Source: Candidatus Aenigmatarchaeota archaeon (GTDB lineage Archaea > Aenigmatarchaeota > Aenigmatarchaeia > CG10238-14 > SCSR01). Taken from it: a DNA stretch of 64,000 bases. Under the pieces are notes generated by a model. It saw nothing but the letters and a program-made list of their open reading frames with translations. It was not told the DNA's origin and did not search any database. Position numbers and translations under genes: made by a program. The stretch is from contig JACPAE010000004.1 in NCBI GenBank assembly GCA_016181005.1, positions 5,078 through 69,077 on the forward strand. The letters are read 5' to 3'. Below, in pieces: positions 19,798 to 28,679 of this stretch (position 1 is the stretch's first letter; each line of letters begins with the position of its first letter).

Positions 19798-19832
19798 AAA
19801 GGTATTTTATATCGAAACTTTAAATCAGTGTC

Positions 19833-20468
19833 ATGGCAAGGAGGCTTAAGCCTTGGGACACCATGGTCAAATCGTTTGAGATAAGCATGAACAATCCGGA
19901 GCTTTTCTGGTTCCTGGTGCTGCTCATGTCCGGTCTTATACTTTTCCTTGTAGGCGTGCTTCTACTGTTCTTCAGCGTGGCTTCCCTGCACGTGCTTTCG
20001 CTTTTTATCGGGGCGGTTATAATGCTTGCCTCTTTAGTGCTGTTGATGGGAGGCATCGGCGGCACCATTCTTTATGCCGAGAGGCTGGTCAAAAGGAAAA
20101 AGGCGAGCGTATGGACTATCATGAAGAAGGGGATAACGGAGAGTCCGCGACTGTCGTTAGCGTACGTCCTTGAGCAAGGTTTCATAATGTTAGGTCTGCT
20201 CCTACTCATAATCCCAGGGCTGATAGTTGCCGTCAGGCTTTCGCTGGTTACGCCTGCGTGCATACTGGAAAAGAAAGGACTGGGTATAAAGAGAAGCTGG
20301 AGGGCGACGAAGGGGAACTCTTGGCAGATAGCACTGCTCTTGCTTGTGTGGGGGTTGATTTTCATGCTGTTTGCAATAATACCGTTTTTCATTGTCGCGA
20401 GCTTCCTTCTTTTGCCGGTTTACTTGGTTAACCTCACGCTTGTTTACTTGCAGTTGAAGAAGAAATAG
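19833..20468 (+). CDS. Polytopic membrane protein, unknown function
   Basis: 4-5 predicted TM helices. The stop abuts the tRNA 3' end. Confidence 0.45.
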   Translation: MARRLKPWDTMVKSFEISMNNPELFWFLVLLMSGLILFLVGVLLLFFSVASLHVLSLFIGAVIMLASLVLLMGGIGGTILYAERLVKRKKASVWTIMKKGITESPRLSLAYVLEQGFIMLGLLLLIIPGLIVAVRLSLVTPACILEKKGLGIKRSWRATKGNSWQIALLLLVWGLIFMLFAIIPFFIVASFLLLPVYLVNLTLVYLQLKKK

Positions 20469-20571
20469 TGCCCCGGAAGGGATTTGAACCCTCAACCTTC
20501 TCCTCAATCCTATTCATTAGGACGGAGTTGAGCTGTTACCATTTGCTCTATCCAAGTTGAGCTACCGAGGC
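20469..20571 (-). tRNA. tRNA-Arg(CCU) carrying two short introns (15 nt near position 27/28; 13 nt at canonical 37/38)
   Basis: Cloverleaf parts:
- Acceptor GCCUCGG/CCGGGGC, discriminator A.
- U8 A9, D arm GCUC-AACUUGGAUA-GAGC.
- T arm GAGGG-UUCAAAU-CCCUU.

Removing 20528-20542 and 20505-20517 gives a 75-nt cloverleaf with anticodon stem (A)CUCC/GGAG(A) and loop GUCCUAA. Both introns sit in 4-bp-helix / 3-nt-bulge BHB motifs. Confidence 0.75.
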
Positions 20572-20627
20572 TCAAACTTATACTTTAAAATTGGTTTTAA
20601 ATAATTAACGTCGGAAAAAAAGCCCTT

Positions 20628-21602
20628 TTGCTTGAAGAGCACGAGAAGGTAGGATTGCCCTGCAAGTGTACCGGTTTAGTTAGCTGGAGAACGCCAGAGA
20701 CTGTAAAATTGCCGAAAGAGCTAATTGTTAACAAATTAGACAAGGGAAAATTCTTCTCTCCAGATGAATCATGGTTTGAATTAAAGTCGAAGAAAGAAGT
20801 TTACGTGCTTGACAGGCCAGGACTTGACAAATTTTTATTTGATGAAGCAAAGAAAGAGGGTGCTGAAGTAAAGACTGAAAGATTTGAAAACTTCACGCGA
20901 AGCAATGTCCATATCAAAGTTAAAACAAGCAAAGGAGTTTACGAAACAAAATTATTGATAGGTGCGGACGGCGCCAATTCCCTTGTCGCCCAAACTGCCG
21001 GCTTGGAGATACCGAAGAATATCTATGTGGGTATGCAGACAACTGCTATTGGCGATTTTGAGCAGTGTGCAGAACTGTGGTTTGGTAAGAATATTGCGCC
21101 AAACTTTTTCGCTTGGGTAGTGCCAGAGAATGAAAATGTTGCTAGGATAGGTTTAGCAGCATCGTCTACCCCCAAAGTTTACTATGAAAAATTTTTGAAA
21201 AGCAGGCTTGGCCATAATGGATTAAAGCCGGATGTGGCTGGAGTTATCAGATTTGGTGTGATGAAAGATACTGTTGCGGACAATGTAATGCTGGTTGGTG
21301 ATGCAGCATGCCAGATAAAGGCATTTAGCGGCGGTGGAATTACTTATGGATTGATTGGTGCACAAGTTTGTGCTGATGCTGTGGAGAAATCCTTTGAAGA
21401 AAATAAATTTGACTATGAGTTCCTGAAGAATGTTTATGACAAAGAGTGGAAGAAAAAGCTGGTGCCAGGAATCAACAAAGGAATGTTGTTCAGAAACATT
21501 CACAAGTTGCCGGAATTCCAGCAAAATCTGGTGTTCAGGATGGTTAAAATGTTCGGCTATAAGGTTTTGACTACGTTTGATTTTGATTTGTTGTCAGGTT
21601 GA
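20628..21602 (+). CDS. Geranylgeranyl reductase-family flavoprotein lacking the N-terminal FAD-binding GxGxxG segment (truncated gene or pseudogene)
   Basis: LIGADGANSLVA and MLVGDAACQIKAFSGGGITYG motifs. The frame opens only at 20601 (after a TAA) and begins at the ...GKKALLLEEHEKVGLPCKCTGLVS segment, which normally follows the beta-alpha-beta dinucleotide fold. The only available start is the TTG at 20628. Confidence 0.7.
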   Translation: MLEEHEKVGLPCKCTGLVSWRTPETVKLPKELIVNKLDKGKFFSPDESWFELKSKKEVYVLDRPGLDKFLFDEAKKEGAEVKTERFENFTRSNVHIKVKTSKGVYETKLLIGADGANSLVAQTAGLEIPKNIYVGMQTTAIGDFEQCAELWFGKNIAPNFFAWVVPENENVARIGLAASSTPKVYYEKFLKSRLGHNGLKPDVAGVIRFGVMKDTVADNVMLVGDAACQIKAFSGGGITYGLIGAQVCADAVEKSFEENKFDYEFLKNVYDKEWKKKLVPGINKGMLFRNIHKLPEFQQNLVFRMVKMFGYKVLTTFDFDLLSG

Positions 21603-22937
21603 CTACAAGAAAACTTTGATTTTCCTCTTCCCGACAATCGCCCTGAAAACTTCCTTTCCAATGTCCGAATCCTTGGCAACTTTAATGTTTCCATTCTTTC
21701 CTATAGTCGCGGAAAAAATGAATTTGTCTTCAATAAACAGGCTTGCAGCCTTGCCGATGAACCTCCTGTCAAAAACAAATTCCACGCTGTTGCCCTTTTC
21801 ATAAGTCTCGAAAAGAATCTCGTTCCCAAGTGCGGCGGTCTTGGGTTCGATGTCTATCTTTATCCCCAGCTTGTCTTCCAATGCATTAACAGTAGAACCC
21901 TCCTTCCCGATTATCCTCGGCACAACGCTATTGTCAACCTTCACAACAACTTTGTTTTCTGATACAAGCTCAACTATTGCACGCGGATCAAACTTCCTTA
22001 TGTCCTGCATTATCCTCTCTGCCGCAAGCTTCTTCACTGGAGAAATTCCCGCGGCAGTCTCCTTCACAGGTACGATGACCTTCTCCTCGCCGAACGTGTA
22101 AATCTCGTATTCCAGCTTCTCTGTCTCAAAGTCCCTTATCTCGACCAAAGGCCTTGCAAGATCAGCTTCCATCATTCCGCTGGGAACTTTCACCGTCAAA
22201 TCCAGGTCGTATATCTTCTTCACCTGCCCATCCTTCACGAAAATGACAGTGTCTACCACGTGCGGGATAACTCCCAGCTCCACTCTTCCAATGAATCTCT
22301 GGATTGCGTCAATAGCCTGGCTTGCATGCACAACACCCACCATTCCGACTCCAGCCAACCTCAAGTCCGAGAATATTTCGAAATCTTTCGTCTTCCTTAC
22401 TTCGTCGAATGCGGAATAGTCTGGCCGGACAAGGAGCAGAATGTCCGCAGTCTTTTCAAAGTCCCCTTCAAGAGGCCCGTACTGCGTGACCTCGTCAGGA
22501 ACCTGCAAGTCGCGCGGCGATTCCAGCGTCTTCACTATCTTTCCTTGCTTCTGATAAAACTCTACAAGGCTTGCGCACAATGTCGACTTGCCAGAGCCAG
22601 GCGGGCCTGCGATTACAACCCCCTCAGCCTTTTTCCTCAACCTGTCCATTAACTTGTCAGAAAGCTTGTAATCTTCCAGCGTAAGCTTTACCACAGGCCT
22701 TACAATCGTGACCTCCATCCCGTCAGAAAACGGTGGTCGCGTTATTGAAATCCTGAACCTGCCAAACTGTATAACCGTTGCACCCGAACGCACAATTTCA
22801 AACGAGCCTTCGTCGCTGACTCTTGTCGCTTCGGATATCTCTCTGATAATTTCCTCTAGCTGAACCCTTGTCATTTTTTCTCCACTCAACTTCATCAGCT
22901 CGAAATTTCCGGGCTTGCCCCTTTTTGCCATGGGCAC
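21603..22937 (-). CDS. PilT-family ATPase with C-terminal KH domain (C-terminal part of a PIN-ATPase-KH protein)
   Basis: Walker A IAGPPGSGKSTL. KH motif VVPRIIGKEGSTVNALEDKLGIKIDI. Possible starts are GTG at 22937 or ATG at 22931. Confidence 0.8.
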   Translation of the reverse strand: MPMAKRGKPGNFELMKLSGEKMTRVQLEEIIREISEATRVSDEGSFEIVRSGATVIQFGRFRISITRPPFSDGMEVTIVRPVVKLTLEDYKLSDKLMDRLRKKAEGVVIAGPPGSGKSTLCASLVEFYQKQGKIVKTLESPRDLQVPDEVTQYGPLEGDFEKTADILLLVRPDYSAFDEVRKTKDFEIFSDLRLAGVGMVGVVHASQAIDAIQRFIGRVELGVIPHVVDTVIFVKDGQVKKIYDLDLTVKVPSGMMEADLARPLVEIRDFETEKLEYEIYTFGEEKVIVPVKETAAGISPVKKLAAERIMQDIRKFDPRAIVELVSENKVVVKVDNSVVPRIIGKEGSTVNALEDKLGIKIDIEPKTAALGNEILFETYEKGNSVEFVFDRRFIGKAASLFIEDKFIFSATIGKNGNIKVAKDSDIGKEVFRAIVGKRKIKVFL

Positions 22938-23401
22938 GATATCGTGTCGGTCGTGAAGAACTGTTCAAATTTCAGCCCCTCGGACTTTATCTCAGCGGGT
23001 ATGTGCTTTACCTTTGCGCCTTCGGCCTCGCCGACAAGCGCCTGCACGTAATCAGCCGTATAAAGAACGCCACCCTCAGCCTTTGCTACGTCTCTGATAA
23101 GGGCGTCCATCCTTCCGGATTTGGCCAGCTTGATATCCTCAATCGACGGCCTTTCACCGGTGAATCTTAGCTTGATGTCCTTCTTGTCGCACAAACTGCG
23201 CAACCTTTTAAGTTCACCCAGACCTACGAATCCGGGTTCTCTTCCTTTTGAAGCCTGGGCCTGGAGCTCGTCCAGCACCGCGTACGGGACAATTATTTCT
23301 GCGTTATCCAGCTCCCCGCTTTCAATCATCTCGGAAATCTTCGCATCGACAATTATCGATGTGTCCAAAATGATACGTTCTTTTTCATTCATGTAAATCA
23401 C
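22895..23401 (-). CDS. PIN-domain protein (N-terminal part of the PIN-ATPase-KH protein, in a different frame)
   Basis: ILDTSIIVD...LYTADYVQALV PIN acidic residues. Overlaps the downstream ATPase ORF by 43 nt. Confidence 0.75.
   Translation of the reverse strand: MIYMNEKERIILDTSIIVDAKISEMIESGELDNAEIIVPYAVLDELQAQASKGREPGFVGLGELKRLRSLCDKKDIKLRFTGERPSIEDIKLAKSGRMDALIRDVAKAEGGVLYTADYVQALVGEAEGAKVKHIPAEIKSEGLKFEQFFTTDTISCPWQKGASPEISS
22935..22946. repeat. 12-nt perfect palindrome CACGATATCGTG at the PIN/ATPase frame junction
   Basis: Read directly. The sequence is self-complementary on both strands. Confidence 0.9.
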
Positions 23402-24636
23402 TCCTTTAATAATGAAATAATATTCTTCAGAGGCAATTCCCTCTGTTTACCAGTTTTCATCTCCTTTAACTTAAACTTTTTCTTTTTCAACTCCTTTTTT
23501 CCCACAATGAGGACATAAGGAATCTTTGCATTACTTGCATATTCCATTTGTTTCCCAAAGCTTCTTCCCATCAAATCCATTTGGGTTTTTACACCATTCT
23601 TTCTCAGCTCCGCAGATATCTTTATGGCGTCAGCAATCAGTAAAACGTCAACATTGGCGACAAAAATGCTTGTAGTTGAATTTTCATTTTTGAATAAATT
23701 ATTTTCCTTCATAACTTCCATTACCCTGTCAATTCCCAATGATATTCCGGTTGCAGGCAAATCCTGCGCACCAATTGCCTTAATCAGATTGTCGTATCTG
23801 CCCCCTCCGCCACAAGAAACTTTGGCGCCTAACATCACTTCAAACACGATAGAAGTGTAATATTCCAATCCACGCACAAGCGAAATATCGAACTGCAATC
23901 TTTTTTCAATGCCGAATTTCTTTGCTAGACGAAAAAGTTCCTCTAATTCTTCCTTACCTTTGTTATCCATTATTTTGTTCAAATCATTCTGTTTCAGAAT
24001 TTTCAAAACAGCATTCGGTTTAATCCCCTTTTTCTTAAGTTCAGCCTCAACTCCATCAAAGCCAATTTTGTCCAGCTTGTCAATGCTTCTAAATACTTCG
24101 ATTATCTTCTCTTTGTTTACAACACCTTCAAGCAAATCCTGCAGCAATTTCCTGCTGTTGACTCTTATTTTGTATACTTTGAATCCTAGTTTGTTTAAAA
24201 TCTCGCAAACTGCAGCCAAACATTCGACATCCGACAGCAGTGATTTGCTACCAACAACATCAATGTCAGCCTGCCAAAATTCCCGCCACCTCATTGCCTG
24301 GGGATTATCATATCTCCATACTTTGTCGATTGCATAGCGCTTGAAAGGTTTCGGCAACGAATTAGATGAAACAACTCTGGTCATCGGCATTGTCAAATCA
24401 AATCTCAGCCCCAGCTCACGGTCAGACTTGTCCTTGAAATAATAAATCTCATCTTTAACAGCTTCACCTAATCCACCCTTGGCAGAAAGCAATTCAAAAC
24501 TTTCGAACGCAGGTGTAACCAGTGGCTCAAAGCCGTACTTCTCAAAAACTTCCCTACAGATTTGTACTATCTTCTGTAATTTCGTTGCGTCTTCAGGTAA
24601 CAAATCTCTTGTACCCTTTGGAGGTTGCAGTTTCAT
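23398..24636 (-). CDS. hisS: Histidyl-tRNA synthetase
   Basis: N-terminus MKLQPPKGTRDLLPED. Class II motifs (FRYDNPQ-like WRYDNPQAMRWREFWQADID, GGGGRYDNL). Confidence 0.9.
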   Translation of the reverse strand: MKLQPPKGTRDLLPEDATKLQKIVQICREVFEKYGFEPLVTPAFESFELLSAKGGLGEAVKDEIYYFKDKSDRELGLRFDLTMPMTRVVSSNSLPKPFKRYAIDKVWRYDNPQAMRWREFWQADIDVVGSKSLLSDVECLAAVCEILNKLGFKVYKIRVNSRKLLQDLLEGVVNKEKIIEVFRSIDKLDKIGFDGVEAELKKKGIKPNAVLKILKQNDLNKIMDNKGKEELEELFRLAKKFGIEKRLQFDISLVRGLEYYTSIVFEVMLGAKVSCGGGGRYDNLIKAIGAQDLPATGISLGIDRVMEVMKENNLFKNENSTTSIFVANVDVLLIADAIKISAELRKNGVKTQMDLMGRSFGKQMEYASNAKIPYVLIVGKKELKKKKFKLKEMKTGKQRELPLKNIISLLKE

Positions 24637-24761
24637 ACTAAATATCTTGCTTTTGTCGTTAGAAAAAGGGCTGGATAGAATTAATTCACTCTTTGATGTG
24701 AAGTATACCGCCCTTCACTTTTATCACAAAATCACATTAATTTTCGAGTTTAAAAAGGCCA

Positions 24762-25364
24762 CTATTTTCTCCCGTTTGCAACGCATGCTAGCCATTCCCT
24801 AACGTCAGAGCCGTAAACCATAGCTCTCAAATCTGGAAGCAATTCTGAGAGTGGCGTCCCGTAACTATCATCACTGCCAAAATAGCCGTCGTCAGAAGGA
24901 TTCATGGCATTGTACTCATCGTTCAGCATTTTTATTCTCGGCAGATGGCGCCTGCTGCTGACATGTGCAATTCTTGTGCCCAAATTTCTGGATGCAACTG
25001 TCTGATAACCCACTTCAATATTTTCCCTAGTCGAACTTGATATCGTGCTAGGTATTATTATTCTTTCCTTTTGTACACCCTGCATTATCAACTCGTTAAC
25101 GGCAGCAATAATTTCACGATATCCTCCTAAAGGAATGAAATGATCTACTATATCTTGTTTGTGCAAATAAGCTGCATCAGTAGCTCTGATCTTTGTTACG
25201 TCGTCTCCAGCACCATAGACAAAGGCCACATCAAAATGCCCCGAAGTGTTGTATGATTTGATTGTCGGACAGTCCCCCAATTTCAATGCATAAACAGAAC
25301 CTAATGCAAGAACGGCAGATCCGAATATCCCTAATAAGGAATAAGCCAGCCTTCTGAAATCCAT
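24762..25364 (-). CDS. DUF218 (YdcF/SanA-like) family protein with an N-terminal TM anchor
   Basis: Pattern ...GG...IIIPSTISSSTRENIEV...AHVSSRRHLPR matches the DUF218 S-x-x-T-x-EN and VTS-x-x-H-x-x-R signature. Confidence 0.55.
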   Translation of the reverse strand: MDFRRLAYSLLGIFGSAVLALGSVYALKLGDCPTIKSYNTSGHFDVAFVYGAGDDVTKIRATDAAYLHKQDIVDHFIPLGGYREIIAAVNELIMQGVQKERIIIPSTISSSTRENIEVGYQTVASRNLGTRIAHVSSRRHLPRIKMLNDEYNAMNPSDDGYFGSDDSYGTPLSELLPDLRAMVYGSDVREWLACVANGRK

Positions 25365-25388
25365 AATCTTAAAACAACTTCAAATTAT

Positions 25389-25520
25389 TTAACTTAATTC
25401 GGCTTTCGCCCCGAACTTTGTACACCTGTCGCAAACTTCTATGAGCGCACCTTCGATCTTTGCAGGACTCAATTTCGGATAATCTTTTCCACAGCATGTG
25501 CATTCTGACGTAGTCATCAT
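25389..25520 (-). CDS. Possible 43-aa zinc-ribbon protein (resembles the N-terminal Zn ribbon of archaeal MBF1, without the HTH)
   Basis: Hand-translated: MMTTSECTCCGKDYPKLSPAKIEGALIEVCDRCTKFGAKAELS, with CxxC...CxxC. Confidence 0.35.
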   Translation of the reverse strand: MMTTSECTCCGKDYPKLSPAKIEGALIEVCDRCTKFGAKAELS

Positions 25521-25670
25521 CTCTAGCTTCAGGTTCTTTACTCAATCTTTATAAATTTTACCTTATAAACTAATGCTATGAGTGGTTTACGGATTGCCTG
25601 CTAGTTCTAAGCTTTTGTTTACTGTACATCCTGCATTAAACTGCATCATTAAAGAGCATAGCAATTCAAA

Positions 25671-28600
25671 ATGATATTTATGGTCAAAGAAGTGAAGGGG
25701 CAATACAATCAGAAGGAGCTGGAACATAGAATAAGGGAATACTGGGAGTCTCACAAAGTTGTGCAAGCTTTAACGAAGTTCGATCCTACGAAAAAGAAGT
25801 TCTATCTTCTCGACGGCCCTCCTTATGTAAACAATGTTGCCCACGTCGGCCACATAAAGACGACGACAATAAAAGACATCTGGTCCAAGTTCAAGCTAAT
25901 GCAGGGATACTCATCATGGTTCCAACCCGGCTTCGACACCCACGGCTTGCCTATTGAGAATATAGTTGAGAAATCGCTGGGAATAAAATCTAAGAAAGAC
26001 ATCGAAAAAATTGGTGCGGAGAAGTTCATTCAGGCATGCAAGGAGCATGCAAGCGGAAATGAGAAAGTCTGGCTGGAGCTTTACAAGAAATTGGGGGCAT
26101 GGAGAGGATACGTTCCACCTTACATAACTTTTGAAAATTATTACATCGAGTCAGGATGGTGGACAGTCAAGCAGTTGGCAGAAAAGGGCATGCTTGTAGA
26201 AGGAGAGAAATCAACATTCTGGTGCTCGCATTGCGGGACAGCCTTGGCCGGCTACGAAGTTTCCGACAGCTATGCCGATGTGAAAGACCCTTACATTTAT
26301 GTCAAATTCCCTGTGAAAGGAAGGGACAAAGAATTCCTGCTTGCATTCACTACAACTCCGTGGACTTTGGTTGACAATGTCGCTTTAGCAGTCCATCCGC
26401 AGGAATATTACGTCCGTGTAAAGGTTGGTAGTGAGATTTACATTCTTGCCGAAAAGAGGGTGGAAGCTATTTTGAAAGATTTGCTGAAAAAGGAGAAATA
26501 CGAAGTTCTGGAAAAGTTCTTCGGCAAGGAATTGGACGGTATAAAGTACCTGCCGGTTTTGTCCGTGCCGGCACAAGAAAAGTTGGATAAAGACTCTCAT
26601 GCACAGCATGTTGTAATGTCAATTCCAGTTCTTAAATCAAAATCCTACAAGCACGGTGTGATTGAGAGAGCGGACGAGATGAAGGAATCATTTTTCGATT
26701 TCGTCAACGCAGAGGAAGGCACTGGAATAGTTCATGTTGCGCCGGGGCACGGCCCCGAGGACCATTACATGGGCGAGCATTATCGACTGCCGACACCGTC
26801 TTTCGTTGACGACGAGGGCAAGTTCACAAGCGAGGCGGGAGAATTCAACGGCCTGTTCGTGAAGCAGGCGGACAAGGCGATTGTTGAAAGACTGGAAAAG
26901 CGAAGCTTTCTACTGCACTTTGGATGGATAACGCACTCGTACCCATTATGCTGGAGATGCAAGACCCCGTTGATTTACAGGCTGACAAAGCAGTGGTTCT
27001 TTACGGTCGATTTGATAAAAGAGCTGATGGTGAAGGAAAACAAGAAAGTCAATTGGTTGCCGAAATTTGGCAAGGAAAGATTTCACAACTGGCTTGACGA
27101 TGCGGTGGACTGGTGCGTGTCGCGGCAGAGATATTGGGGAATTCCGTTGCCAATTTGGATCTGCGAGTCGTGCGACAGAAAGGAAATTATAGGAGGGCTT
27201 GGGGAACTGAAGGAAAGGGCCGCCAACGAACTGCCGCACAATATAGACCTGCACAAGCATGTAGTGGACAAAATAGAGCTCACATGCATCTGCGGCTCCA
27301 GGATGAAAAGGGTGCCGGACGTCCTTGATGTTTGGTTTGATTCAGGCATAGCGCCATGGGCTTCGCTAGGATATCCCTACAAGAACAAGGAGCTTTTCGA
27401 AAGCCTGTGGCCAGCGGACATGATATGCGAGAGCCAGGACCAAATCAGGGGATGGTTCTATAGCCTGATGTTCTCGGGTGTGGCTACTTTTGATATGGCA
27501 CCATACAAGTCAGTCTCATTGATGGGATGGGTTCTTGACGAGAAAGGAGAGAAGATGAGCAAGTCCCTTGGAAATGTCATTTGGGCTGAGGAGGCGCTTG
27601 CGCAACTAGGTTCCGACATAACGCGTCTTTACTTCTGCTGGGAGGTCGCCCCGTGGGAGGTGCAGAACTTCAGCTACAAGACTGCAGACGAGATAAGAAA
27701 AGCGCTGAACATTCTTTGGAACTCCTACACATTTTTCACCACATATTCGACGGAAAACCTCAAGCCTACATTTAGGAATCTAAAAATCGAGGACAAGTGG
27801 ATATTGTCAAAGCTAAACTCCCTGATAAAGGAAGTTACGGAGAACTATGAGAATTTTGAATTCCATCTTGCCGGCAGGAGCATAGTCAACTTCGTCGTGA
27901 ACGACCTGAGCAGGTTTTACATCAAGCTTATACGGGATAGGGTGTGGGTTACCGAGTCCGGCAGCGACAAGAATGTCGCACTATCAGTTTTGCGCGAATG
28001 CCTGATGACTGTGTCAAAACTCCTGGCGCCCATAACTCCGTTTATTTCAGAAGAGATCTTCCTTAATCTGGACGGCAGTAAAAAGTCAGTGTTCATGTCA
28101 GAGTGGCCGGAAGAAGACAAGCTTTACGTGGACAAGCATCTGGAGAGGCACATGGAGATTGCCAAGGAAATAATCGAGGCGGCGCTGGCAGCAAGGCAGA
28201 TAGGAAATCTCAAGCTTAGGCAACCTGTGTCGGAAATCTTTGTTAAGGCTGAGAAGGATCATGTCATCGAAGCGGTGGAAAAGTTAGCAAGCGTGATAAT
28301 GTTCATGTGCAACAGCAAGTCGATAAGCACCATGGTGGACAGTCCAATTGGAAACTTTGCCGACTTTCAGTTCAAGCACGGCAAGGTTTTTGTGAACAAG
28401 GAAATATCTCAAAATCTGCTCGAAGAAACTCTTGTCAGGGAAGTGGTGAGGAAAATCCAGTCAATGAGGAAGGAAAACAAGTTCCAGGTAAAAGAGAGCA
28501 TCCTGCTAACCTTGGACTCGGACGAAGATAGTAAAGATGTGTTGAAGAACTACTCACAGCAGATAGCAAAAGAAGTCGGTGCGTACGAGATAATTTTAGG

Positions 28601-28679
28601 CAAGGTCGAAGGCGCATACAAAGACAAACTGGAATTTAGTGGAAAGAAGATTAGCCTGGGATTCGACAGAATCAAATAA
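25671..28679 (+). CDS. ileS: Isoleucyl-tRNA synthetase
   Basis: HIGH-type motif PYVNNVAHVGHIKT, KMSKSLGN, CP1 editing insertion. 1002 aa. Confidence 0.95.
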   Translation: MIFMVKEVKGQYNQKELEHRIREYWESHKVVQALTKFDPTKKKFYLLDGPPYVNNVAHVGHIKTTTIKDIWSKFKLMQGYSSWFQPGFDTHGLPIENIVEKSLGIKSKKDIEKIGAEKFIQACKEHASGNEKVWLELYKKLGAWRGYVPPYITFENYYIESGWWTVKQLAEKGMLVEGEKSTFWCSHCGTALAGYEVSDSYADVKDPYIYVKFPVKGRDKEFLLAFTTTPWTLVDNVALAVHPQEYYVRVKVGSEIYILAEKRVEAILKDLLKKEKYEVLEKFFGKELDGIKYLPVLSVPAQEKLDKDSHAQHVVMSIPVLKSKSYKHGVIERADEMKESFFDFVNAEEGTGIVHVAPGHGPEDHYMGEHYRLPTPSFVDDEGKFTSEAGEFNGLFVKQADKAIVERLEKRSFLLHFGWITHSYPLCWRCKTPLIYRLTKQWFFTVDLIKELMVKENKKVNWLPKFGKERFHNWLDDAVDWCVSRQRYWGIPLPIWICESCDRKEIIGGLGELKERAANELPHNIDLHKHVVDKIELTCICGSRMKRVPDVLDVWFDSGIAPWASLGYPYKNKELFESLWPADMICESQDQIRGWFYSLMFSGVATFDMAPYKSVSLMGWVLDEKGEKMSKSLGNVIWAEEALAQLGSDITRLYFCWEVAPWEVQNFSYKTADEIRKALNILWNSYTFFTTYSTENLKPTFRNLKIEDKWILSKLNSLIKEVTENYENFEFHLAGRSIVNFVVNDLSRFYIKLIRDRVWVTESGSDKNVALSVLRECLMTVSKLLAPITPFISEEIFLNLDGSKKSVFMSEWPEEDKLYVDKHLERHMEIAKEIIEAALAARQIGNLKLRQPVSEIFVKAEKDHVIEAVEKLASVIMFMCNSKSISTMVDSPIGNFADFQFKHGKVFVNKEISQNLLEETLVREVVRKIQSMRKENKFQVKESILLTLDSDEDSKDVLKNYSQQIAKEVGAYEIILGKVEGAYKDKLEFSGKKISLGFDRIK

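Noticed and set aside
20469-20627. An integrated mobile element or prophage at the tRNA-Arg(CCU) gene as the explanation for the truncated reductase.
   Set aside because: No integrase, no duplicated tRNA 3' fragment, and no obviously foreign gene block were noticed on either side. The truncation itself is reported as a finding without invoking an element.
22895-22965. Programmed -1 ribosomal frameshifting, or a BHB intron, joining the PIN and ATPase frames.
   Set aside because: There is no X-XXY-YYZ slippery heptamer at the junction. The palindrome has no bulge-helix-bulge geometry. No intron length within the 68-nt permissible interval gives a better product than a simple 1-nt shift.
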